DNA from: Desulfovibrionales bacterium
GTDB taxonomy: Bacteria; Desulfobacterota; Desulfovibrionia; Desulfovibrionales; JBKHAV01
Reading direction: 5' to 3'
DNA: 64,000 nt
Assembly (NCBI GenBank): GCA_046542715.1
Contig: JBKHAV010000001.1
Location: 36,684 to 100,683 of the forward strand
The number at the start of each line of letters is the position of its first letter. Position 1 is the first letter of the stretch. A model generated the notes under the pieces. That model was not told where the DNA came from, searched no databases, and worked only from the letters and a program-made list of their open reading frames with translations. The position numbers and the translations under genes are program-made. Positions 10,198 through 17,909 of the stretch are shown piece after piece.

Positions 10198-10575
10198 TTA
10201 CCCCTTTGAACGTACGGGACGGTAATGGGCGCATTGTCCCGTGCAGGACGGCAGCGCCAGAATACATATATCGAGATGAGCATGAAGGCAGCCGATTTCG
10301 CTTGCTTCACCTCCACGCTCAAAGGCTTGACAAATCGTGTTCTCCTCCTGGAAGGAGCGCATCCGGTCAGACCAGATTCTGCCTGCTGTCCCGGGGTCAA
10401 GATGAAACCGCTCCGCCCTGGTGATGAATTCCTCGAAGCGATCCTCCCAGAACACCAGCAGTCGACACCGGAACCGGAAATTGAACCCGGGATTGAGAGA
10501 CTCTTCGTAATGACAACGCCCGGATTTGTAAAACGCGCAATTGTCTCCTGGAAGAGCGTGTATCTTCGCCTTCAT
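10198..10575 (-). CDS. Cys/His-rich hypothetical protein
   Basis: ORF 10198..10659, with a likely ATG at 10575. It has eight Cys residues, several next to His ([20 protein letters not shown]), which suggests metal or Fe-S binding. Confidence 0.5.
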   Translation of the reverse strand: MKAKIHALPGDNCAFYKSGRCHYEESLNPGFNFRFRCRLLVFWEDRFEEFITRAERFHLDPGTAGRIWSDRMRSFQEENTICQAFERGGEASEIGCLHAHLDICILALPSCTGQCAHYRPVRSKG

Positions 10576-10754
10576 CCCCTGTCCTGTTTGCCCGTTCTTG
10601 AACACTGAAAGCCCGTGTTGCGTCTTCCCCAGAATTGTCTCTCTTGAAGCACCCGTCAAGACCTGTCTGGATTCCTTCGAAGCTGTCGTGCCCTTCCCCG
10701 TTTTTGTTCGATTTTCCCGCAGTCCTGATGGTTCCTGGCACCAGACTCAATTTC

Positions 10755-10783
10755 TTGACCTCATATCTCCAGCCGTGTATAGC
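10755..10783 (+). promoter_or_regulatory. Putative sigma70 promoter of tatA
   Basis: TTGACC, a 17-nt spacer, then TATAGC, about 28 nt upstream of the tatA RBS. Confidence 0.5.
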
Positions 10784-10810
10784 ACCACTTTAACACGCAG
10801 GAGGCCAAGA

Positions 10811-11014
10811 ATGATTGGAGGATTGGGCATAACTGAGCTGATCATCATCCTGGTCATTGTCCTGGTCATCTTCGGAGCGAACAAGCTCCCGGAGATCGGC
10901 TCCGGGATGGGACGGGCCATCAAGAACTTCAAAAAGGCCACAACCGAACCTGAAGAGATAGACGTCACCCCCGAAGAAAAGAAAAAACAATCTGAAGAAA
11001 ACCAGGACAAGTAG
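10811..11014 (+). CDS. tatA: Sec-independent protein translocase TatA/E
   Basis: 67 aa, [43 protein letters not shown]. An AGGAGG RBS is present. Confidence 0.92.
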   Translation: MIGGLGITELIIILVIVLVIFGANKLPEIGSGMGRAIKNFKKATTEPEEIDVTPEEKKKQSEENQDK

Positions 11015-11030
11015 ACAAGACCGATCTTCG

Positions 11031-11069
11031 CAAAAAACCCCGGAGAGGCAAACCTCTCCGGGGTTTTTC
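11031..11069. terminator. Bidirectional rho-independent terminator (tatA / livF)
   Basis: AAAAAA, stem CCCCGGAGAGG-caaa-CCTCTCCGGGG, then TTTTTC. Confidence 0.85.
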
Positions 11070-11087
11070 TTTGTCCGTTTTGGGACC

Positions 11088-11807
11088 CTATTCGCCGAGA
11101 TAGGCCTTCCTGATATCTGCGTTTCCCAGCAGGGTGTTTGCGTCGTCGTGCATGATGATGGTGCCCGTCTCGAGAACATATCCTCTCTTGGCGAGTTTGA
11201 GAGCGAGGTTTGCGTTCTGCTCCACAAGAAGAATGGTCGTCCCCTCCTGGTTGATCTCCTCGATAATGGAGAAAATCTTCTGCACGATCAGGGGCGCAAG
11301 ACCGAGCGAGGGCTCGTCGAGCAGCAGAAGCTGCGGTCTGCTCATGAGCGCCCTCCCGATGGCCAGCATCTGCTGCTCACCACCTGAAAGCGTCCCCCCA
11401 CGTTGCTTCTGCCGGTCCTTGAGCACCGGAAACAGGTCGAACACATGGTCCAGGTCGGCGGAAACCCTGGAGCGGTCCTTACGGAAAAAGGCCCCCATTT
11501 CCAGGTTTTCCTTCACGGTCAACCGGGGAAATATCCGCCGCCCTTCCGGCACCTGACAAAGCCCCATGGAGGGCAGGGTGTCTGGGGATTTTCCGTGAAT
11601 GGGTATCCCGTTGTAGACGATCTCCCCCTCGAGACAGCGCACGATACCGGAAATGGTCATGAGCGTCGTGGTTTTCCCCGCTCCGTTGGCCCCGATGATG
11701 GTGACGATCTCCCCCCTGTTCACCTCCAGAGAGATGGATTTGAGGGCCTTGATTCTGCCGTAGGCTGAACTGACGTTCGTCAGCTTGAGGATGGGTTCGT
11801 CCGCCAC
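11088..11807 (-). CDS. livF: Branched-chain amino acid ABC transporter ATP-binding protein LivF
   Basis: Walker A GANGAGKTT, signature LSGGEQQML, Walker B LLLLDEPS. A GTG start follows GGAGAG. Confidence 0.9.
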   Translation of the reverse strand: MADEPILKLTNVSSAYGRIKALKSISLEVNRGEIVTIIGANGAGKTTTLMTISGIVRCLEGEIVYNGIPIHGKSPDTLPSMGLCQVPEGRRIFPRLTVKENLEMGAFFRKDRSRVSADLDHVFDLFPVLKDRQKQRGGTLSGGEQQMLAIGRALMSRPQLLLLDEPSLGLAPLIVQKIFSIIEEINQEGTTILLVEQNANLALKLAKRGYVLETGTIIMHDDANTLLGNADIRKAYLGE

Positions 11808-11808
11808 G

Positions 11809-13032
11809 CTACTCTCTCTCCTCTGACCGTGATCCGACCCGGGTGGCTGGAATGAGCCCCTTCGGCCTGAACAGCATCATCAGCGTCATGGCCCCGCCAA
11901 AGGCCAGCATGCGGTAGAGTTCGAACTCCCGGAAAAGTTCAGGAAGAACGATCAGGGCCAGAGCACCCAGGATAATTCCTGGGATCGAACCCAGTCCCCC
12001 CAGGACCACCATGGAAAGGACCATGGCCGACTCGAGAAAGGTGAAGGACTCGGGACTGACAAATCGCATCCGCGCGGCAAAGAACGCTCCGGCGAGACCG
12101 CCGAAGACCGCTCCCATGGCATAGGCCAGAAGCTTGAGCAAAAAAGTGTTCACGCCCATGACTTCTGCTGCGGTCTCATCCTCCCGGATGGCTTCCCAGG
12201 CCCTGCCGATGCGGGAAAAATTCAGCCGCCGCACGCAAATGATGGTGAAGACGGCCAGAAAGAAGATGACATAATAGAGGTGGGGAAGTTTGCGAAGGGC
12301 CATGTGTTCAAAGGCCAGGCCGTTTTCCATGACCGGGACATAGATTCCCGGAGAAAGGATGCCCAAAATGCCATTGGGGCCGTTGGTCAATTCCATCCAG
12401 TTGTTCAAAATGATCCTGACGATCTCCCCGAATCCCAGAGTGACGATGGCCAGGTAATCCCCCCGCATGCGCAGGGTGGGATATCCGATGATGCACCCGG
12501 CAATGGCGGCAAACAGGGCGGCAAACGGAAGAGCGAGCCAGAAGGAGAGTTCATAATGGACTGAGAGCAGGGCGTAGGTATAGGCTCCCACCCCATAAAA
12601 CGCGATGTACCCCAGATCCAGGAGTCCGGCCAGGCCGACCACGATATTCAACCCTAGCCCCAGGCAGATGTACACCAGGACATTGATGGCCACGTCCTGG
12701 GCGTAGCGGCCGGTGAGGAGCGGAAAGACAAGTCCCGCTCCCAGTCCGATGAGAATCCAGACCGGGTTGGGAACAACGGTGAAAACCCGGACAACGGCAG
12801 CCTGAGCCATGTCCTTTGGTCGGTCAAGGAATGAAAAAAAACCGCTCTGTTTGACCTGGTACAGCCCGAGCAGGACGGCGCAGACCACTGTCACCTTGAT
12901 CCACACCGAAAAGGCGCTTTGAAAGTGCAGCCCGTCAGCCCTGATCCCCATCAGCGGCCAGAGCAGCGCAAAAAACCAGACCATCCCGAAGCCGAAATAG
13001 ATCCAGGCCTTCTTATACCCGCGTATCGTCAA
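11809..13032 (-). CDS. livM: Branched-chain amino acid ABC transporter permease LivM
   Basis: Polytopic permease with LDLGYIAFYGVGAYTYALL. A TTG start at 13032 follows GGGAGAG and overlaps the livH end by 20 nt. The ORF-track start at 13101 is rejected. Confidence 0.8.
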   Translation of the reverse strand: MTIRGYKKAWIYFGFGMVWFFALLWPLMGIRADGLHFQSAFSVWIKVTVVCAVLLGLYQVKQSGFFSFLDRPKDMAQAAVVRVFTVVPNPVWILIGLGAGLVFPLLTGRYAQDVAINVLVYICLGLGLNIVVGLAGLLDLGYIAFYGVGAYTYALLSVHYELSFWLALPFAALFAAIAGCIIGYPTLRMRGDYLAIVTLGFGEIVRIILNNWMELTNGPNGILGILSPGIYVPVMENGLAFEHMALRKLPHLYYVIFFLAVFTIICVRRLNFSRIGRAWEAIREDETAAEVMGVNTFLLKLLAYAMGAVFGGLAGAFFAARMRFVSPESFTFLESAMVLSMVVLGGLGSIPGIILGALALIVLPELFREFELYRMLAFGGAMTLMMLFRPKGLIPATRVGSRSEERE

Positions 13033-13915
13033 CGTTCTCTCCCATGATTCCGTTGGGCATGAAGTAGAGGACCGCGATGAGGATGATGAAGGCGAACACA
13101 TCCTTGTACTCGCTGGAGAGGTATCCGGCGGCGAAGATCTCCACCATCCCGATGATCAGCCCTCCGATCATCGCTCCGGTGATATTTCCGATCCCCCCGA
13201 GCACCGCTGCGGCAAAGGCCTTGATTCCGGGAACGAATCCCATGGTGAAGCGGACCGACCCGTAGTAGAACCCGACCATGATCCCGGCTGCAGCGGCAAG
13301 CCCTGCTCCGATGGCAAAGGTCAGGCTGATGACCCGGTTGGAATTGATTCCGACCAGGGCGGACATGACCTTGTCCTGGGCTGTGGCCCGCATGGCCGTG
13401 CCGATGCGGGTCCGAAATACCAGCAGATTCAGCGCCACCAGAAGGGTCACGGTCAGGCCGAAAATCATGACCTGCATGTAGGAGATGATCAGTCCGCCGA
13501 GCTCGAATCCGCCTGAAGTGAATTCGGTGGGATAGGCCTTGTCATAGGGTCCCTGGGTGAGCATCAGCCCATTTTGCAAAAAGATGGACATGCCCAGGGC
13601 AGCGAGCAGAACCGAAAGCCTGGAGGCATGCCGCAAGGGCTTGTAGGCCACTTTCTCAACAGCCATGGCCAGCATGGCGCAATAGAGCATGGCCAGAACC
13701 AGGCCGCTGAGAATGCAGATCACCGGAGGCACGCCCATGGCCGCCAGAAAGGTGAGCAGAATGACACCCATATAGCCGCCGGCGGCAAAAAATTCACCGT
13801 GGGCAAAATTGATGAGCTGAATGATGCCGTAAACCATGGTGTAGCCCAGGGCGATCAGGGCGTAGATCCCACCCAGGGTCAGGCCGTTTATCAACTGCTG
13901 GAGAAAATAGTCCAT
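13013..13915 (-). CDS. livH: Branched-chain amino acid ABC transporter permease LivH
   Basis: MDYFLQQLINGLTLGGIYALIALGYTMVYG is the typical LivH N-terminus. Confidence 0.9.
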   Translation of the reverse strand: MDYFLQQLINGLTLGGIYALIALGYTMVYGIIQLINFAHGEFFAAGGYMGVILLTFLAAMGVPPVICILSGLVLAMLYCAMLAMAVEKVAYKPLRHASRLSVLLAALGMSIFLQNGLMLTQGPYDKAYPTEFTSGGFELGGLIISYMQVMIFGLTVTLLVALNLLVFRTRIGTAMRATAQDKVMSALVGINSNRVISLTFAIGAGLAAAAGIMVGFYYGSVRFTMGFVPGIKAFAAAVLGGIGNITGAMIGGLIIGMVEIFAAGYLSSEYKDVFAFIILIAVLYFMPNGIMGENVDDTRV

Positions 13916-13976
13916 GGGGTTTCTTCTTTGGATAGAGGAACCAGGGCCTGGATATCAGGCCCTGGTAAAAATGGGC

Positions 13977-15113
13977 TTAGAACTTCTGACCGGTTTCCGG
14001 ATTCCAGAACCTCGTGAACTCTCCATCTTTGACCACAAAGATGATGTAGTTCGATCCGGAGTCGCCGTTTTCTTTATAGCTGATGCGTTTGGAAGCACCG
14101 TCGAAATCCAGATTGAGCAGCGCTTCCCGAACCTTTGCCGGGTCCGTGGTGCCTGCGGCCTTCACGGCCTTGAAATAGGCCATGGTGCTGTCATAGGCAT
14201 AGGCGGAGTATGCACCAGGCTTTCCATACTTTGCGCTGTACGCATCATAGAACTGCTGGTACGCGGGGGTCTCCGTATCGGTGTACCCAAAGGTCAGATA
14301 CGCACCCTCGACCGCATCCTTGCCGATTTCGATGAGCTGCGGATGATAGACCGCGTCCTGGGCCAGGAGTGCCGCATCGATTCTGAGCCGCTTGGCCTGG
14401 ATGAGCATGAGGGAACCGGTGGAGGAGTTCTGCATGCTGACGTAAAACACATCCGGGTTCAGGGAGCGAACCCTGGTGAGCACCGCGGAAAAATCCTTGT
14501 CCCCGGGATTGACGTGCTCGTGTCCCAGGACCTTCAGCCCGTTTTCCTTGGCCAGCTTCTCCACATTGTCCGCCAGCCCCTGAGAATAGGTGGTCTTGTC
14601 GTCCACGATGAATACGGTCTTGGCGTCGAGAAGGTCCTTCATGAACTTCACGGCCGCCTTGGACTGGTCGTCGTCACGGCCGCAGGTACGAAACATGTAC
14701 TCCAGCCCGCGCTCCGTGACCTTCTCGTTGGTGGAGGCCGGGGTGATCATGACGATGTCCTCTTCGGCCAGAACTTCGGAAGCGGGTATCGTCGAACTGG
14801 AGCAGTATGCCCCGATGACCGCGGTCACTCCGCTGTTGATGAGCTTGTTGGCGGCGGCAACCGCCTGCCTGGGATCGCATGCCGTATCCTGGGGGGAAAC
14901 ATCGATTGTGTCGTACCCCGGAATGCCGCCCTCGGCCTCGATCACCTCAACAGCCGTGAGCACACCCTGCTTGATGTCGTTGCCATCGGCATTGTAGTCC
15001 CCGGTCAAGGGACTCATGGTCCCGATCTTGAGCGTTTTGGCGTTGCACTCGCCCGCCCCGGCCAGCATCACTGCCAGACCGAGAAAGAGAATTGCCGTGA
15101 AGAGTCGTTTCAT
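13977..15113 (-). CDS. livK: Branched-chain amino acid ABC transporter substrate-binding protein (LivK/LivJ type)
   Basis: Signal peptide MKRLFTAILFLGLAVMLAGA. Type I periplasmic binding-protein fold motifs are present. An AGGAGG RBS precedes the ATG at 15113. Confidence 0.85.
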   Translation of the reverse strand: MKRLFTAILFLGLAVMLAGAGECNAKTLKIGTMSPLTGDYNADGNDIKQGVLTAVEVIEAEGGIPGYDTIDVSPQDTACDPRQAVAAANKLINSGVTAVIGAYCSSSTIPASEVLAEEDIVMITPASTNEKVTERGLEYMFRTCGRDDDQSKAAVKFMKDLLDAKTVFIVDDKTTYSQGLADNVEKLAKENGLKVLGHEHVNPGDKDFSAVLTRVRSLNPDVFYVSMQNSSTGSLMLIQAKRLRIDAALLAQDAVYHPQLIEIGKDAVEGAYLTFGYTDTETPAYQQFYDAYSAKYGKPGAYSAYAYDSTMAYFKAVKAAGTTDPAKVREALLNLDFDGASKRISYKENGDSGSNYIIFVVKDGEFTRFWNPETGQKF

Positions 15114-15134
15114 AAATTCCTCCTGCAACATTCG

Positions 15135-15890
15135 TTAGTTCCCAAGGTACGCCTCGATCACCTTGGGATCGCGCTGGATCTGTTCCGGCGCGCCTTCGGC
15201 GATCATCACCCCATGATCCAAAACTATGATTCTCTGGCAGACGCCCATGACCACTTTCATGTCGTGCTCCACCATGAGAATATTGATGCCCAACTCGGCG
15301 ATACGGGAAATATCCTTGACCAGCGCCATGCTCTCGGCCGGGTTCATGCCGGCTGCCGGCTCGTCAAGGAGGATGGTCTTGGGTTGCGAAGCAAGAGCCC
15401 GGGCGATTTCGAGGCGGCGCTGCAGGCCGTAGGGCAGATTCATGGAGATCTCGTCCCTGTATTGATCGATGCCCATGAACGCGAGCGCTTCCCTGGCTTT
15501 GTCCTTGATCTCCTTCTCCTCTCGTTTTTGAGCCTTACTGCGCAGGATTGCTCCCAAAACGCCCTGTTTTGAACGGGAATGCATGGCTATCATGGCATTT
15601 TCCAAGGCGGTCATATGGGTGAAAAGCCGAATGTTCTGGAAAGTCCGGGCGATGCCGCTGGCAAGTATGGCGTAAGGGCGTTTGCCGGTGAGCCGTCTGC
15701 CCTCATAGGTCACATCCCCGGCAGTCGGCTGGTACACCCCGGTAACGACGTTGAAAACCGTGGTTTTCCCGGCTCCATTGGGACCTATCAAACCAACGAT
15801 TTCCCCTGCCCGGATATCGAAGTTGATTCCCGAGAGGGCCTGCAATCCGCCGAACCGGACGCTGATCTCCTTGAGTTCCAAATGAGCCAT
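15135..15890 (-). CDS. livG: Branched-chain amino acid ABC transporter ATP-binding protein LivG
   Basis: Walker A GPNGAGKTT, signature LPYGLQRRLEIARAL, Walker B ILLDEPAAG. Confidence 0.9.
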   Translation of the reverse strand: MAHLELKEISVRFGGLQALSGINFDIRAGEIVGLIGPNGAGKTTVFNVVTGVYQPTAGDVTYEGRRLTGKRPYAILASGIARTFQNIRLFTHMTALENAMIAMHSRSKQGVLGAILRSKAQKREEKEIKDKAREALAFMGIDQYRDEISMNLPYGLQRRLEIARALASQPKTILLDEPAAGMNPAESMALVKDISRIAELGINILMVEHDMKVVMGVCQRIIVLDHGVMIAEGAPEQIQRDPKVIEAYLGN

Positions 15891-15957
15891 GGTGCGCTAG
15901 ATGTAAGGCCAATTACCTTTGGAAATCAAGCATTTTCTGGGTTGTGCTCACCCAAAC

Positions 15958-15990
15958 GAAAAAACCCGGCATCCTCAGGAGGACACCGGG
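15958..15990 (-). terminator. Rho-independent terminator ending the apr-qmo transcription unit
   Basis: The minus strand reads CCCGGTGTCC-tcctga-GGATGCCGGG followed by TTTTTT. Confidence 0.75.
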
Positions 15991-16014
15991 TTTTCAATGA
16001 ACAGAAGAAACCCG

Positions 16015-16668
16015 CTAGAAACCGAAATCGTCGTCGGACTTGACCGTTCCAAACCCGAAATCATCGGCCACTTCGCCGCCTTCCTTGGCTTCGGGTTCGG
16101 CAGCTCCGGCGGCAGCTCCGCCACCCGCTACTGTGACGACGCCGTGCTTTTTCACTTCCTCGATCTTGGCCAGGAGATCGTCGACCTTCCCGAGATACTC
16201 GTCGATTTTCTTTTTGGAAGCCTCGATCTTCTCTTCTCCGGCCTTGTTCTTCTTCTCGTAATCTTTCACCTTGCCTTCGAGAACGGCCAAATTCTTCTGA
16301 TCGGCGCTTGTCTTGGCTTCCAGCTCTTCGATCTTCGCGGACTGCTCGGCAATGGTCGAGCGATACTCTTCCAGCTTCGCGAAAACAGCATTGGAAAGCT
16401 CCATCACATCATCGGGCAGAGGGGTGACGGACACATTTTCCCCGTACCCGGTGAGTTCGTGCCCGGCCACTTTGGTCAGCTCGGGATGCTGCTCATAGAT
16501 GTACCCCTTGGCCAGCGCCCCGGCAAAGAGCTGGAACTCGTCATCCACATCCTGTTGCGTGAGATGGGAAAGGAGATCCCGGACTTTCTTGTTATAGCCC
16601 TTGGTGACATTGCCTTTCATAAATGCGGCGAATGTTTCCATTGGGTAGACTTTTCTTGCTTCGGCCAT
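16015..16668 (-). CDS. Qmo-associated conserved protein (DVU0851-like), coiled coil with acidic DDDFGF tail
   Basis: 217 aa, immediately downstream of qmoC. Lys/Glu-rich heptad region, an Ala/Gly hinge, and the C-terminus DDFGFGTVKSDDDFGF. The position matches the promoter-distal gene of the D. vulgaris qmo operon, as I recall it. Confidence 0.8.
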   Translation of the reverse strand: MAEARKVYPMETFAAFMKGNVTKGYNKKVRDLLSHLTQQDVDDEFQLFAGALAKGYIYEQHPELTKVAGHELTGYGENVSVTPLPDDVMELSNAVFAKLEEYRSTIAEQSAKIEELEAKTSADQKNLAVLEGKVKDYEKKNKAGEEKIEASKKKIDEYLGKVDDLLAKIEEVKKHGVVTVAGGGAAAGAAEPEAKEGGEVADDFGFGTVKSDDDFGF

Positions 16669-16707
16669 GATGCCCTCCTCGTATTCGGAAAATGATTGAA
16701 TTATTTT

Positions 16708-17895
16708 CTATTTCCCCATGGGAAGTCTTCCGGAATGGCGGGCGTATGCCAGCGCCACCGTCCTGTACACCAGATGGCCCAGCTTGGACCAGGGCAGATA
16801 TGCTATCAGCATGAACACGGTTATGAGATGGACGTAGTAGGTAATGTAGGCTGCGGCAGGCAACTGGGCCAAACGCAGGACCTGAGCTCCGATGCCGGTA
16901 ATGGTCACGGCCCAGATCACCCCGAGCAGAAACCAGTCATAATAGCTGGAACCGTGTTTGGACGGATTCTGATTCATGCGCCGCTTGGTCAGGAAGGTCA
17001 AACCCACCAGGAGCAGGATGGAACCCACGTTGGCCAGGATCTTGACCGGGCTCCACAGCGGCATGGGCGTATGGCCGATGGGTTCGATAAAGGGGACCAC
17101 CTTGCCCCCCCAGTGCCCCAGGGCCACAATGGAGGTGACGATGAACAGGGCCACGAACCCGTAGAACAGCGCGAGGTGTCCCTGGAATTTTTTCTGGTCG
17201 CTCTCGCTTTCACCGCAATCTTTCCATTTTTTGTGGGTGGCGATCTCATCCTTGACCACCTCCAGGAACGCTTGGGCAAGTCCGGGACGCTTGTACCCGA
17301 TGACAAAGGTCTTAGGCTGGTCCTTGAAGGCGTTCAGGAGATTGGTGACCCCCTTGTAAAAGCAGAAGGCAACGAACAGCGCCACCAGGCCGAAGATCGG
17401 GTCAATGGTGAAATCGCCAGGGAACAGGGCTCCGTAAATGACTTTTCCGTCCACCAGCGGAAGCCAGGTTCCGAGTTGCCCGGCCCTGATGGCCCAGACA
17501 ATCAGAAAGAGCACGGCCGGGATGGCCACAAGAATGGGCAGGTACTTGATGGAACTCATCCAGGTGCCCACGATCTTCAGCGGGGCCAGGTTCTTGTAGG
17601 CCATGTTCCGCAGCGCTGCCAAAAGGTCCCCGGGGTTCGCCCCTCTGGGACACAGATCTGAGCAGGTGCCGCAGTTGTGGCACAGCCAGATATCGATATC
17701 ATTGACCAGCCGATCCTTCAGCCCCCATTGTGCCCAGACCATCTCTTTTCTGGGGTAGGGATTGGCGCCCGGTGAAAGCGGGCAGACAACACTGCAGGTT
17801 GCGCATTGATAACACTTTTTGAGGGACTCCCCCCCCACAGCCTGCAGTTCCTTGACAAAGCCAAGATCAGGCTCGATTCTTACTGCGTTAGCCAT
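16708..17895 (-). CDS. qmoC: Quinone-interacting membrane-bound oxidoreductase subunit QmoC
   Basis: Two ferredoxin-type motifs (CYQCATCSVVCP, CHNCGTCSDLCP) followed by a six-TM heme-b type domain. The ATG at 17895 follows GGAGGG. Confidence 0.9.
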   Translation of the reverse strand: MANAVRIEPDLGFVKELQAVGGESLKKCYQCATCSVVCPLSPGANPYPRKEMVWAQWGLKDRLVNDIDIWLCHNCGTCSDLCPRGANPGDLLAALRNMAYKNLAPLKIVGTWMSSIKYLPILVAIPAVLFLIVWAIRAGQLGTWLPLVDGKVIYGALFPGDFTIDPIFGLVALFVAFCFYKGVTNLLNAFKDQPKTFVIGYKRPGLAQAFLEVVKDEIATHKKWKDCGESESDQKKFQGHLALFYGFVALFIVTSIVALGHWGGKVVPFIEPIGHTPMPLWSPVKILANVGSILLLVGLTFLTKRRMNQNPSKHGSSYYDWFLLGVIWAVTITGIGAQVLRLAQLPAAAYITYYVHLITVFMLIAYLPWSKLGHLVYRTVALAYARHSGRLPMGK

Positions 17896-17909
17896 ATTCT
17901 CCAACCCTC

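Noticed and set aside
13914-15572. 552-aa ORF antisense to livK/livG
   Set aside because: It is a shadow ORF that spans two real genes and their spacer. It has a low-complexity R/G/H/D composition.
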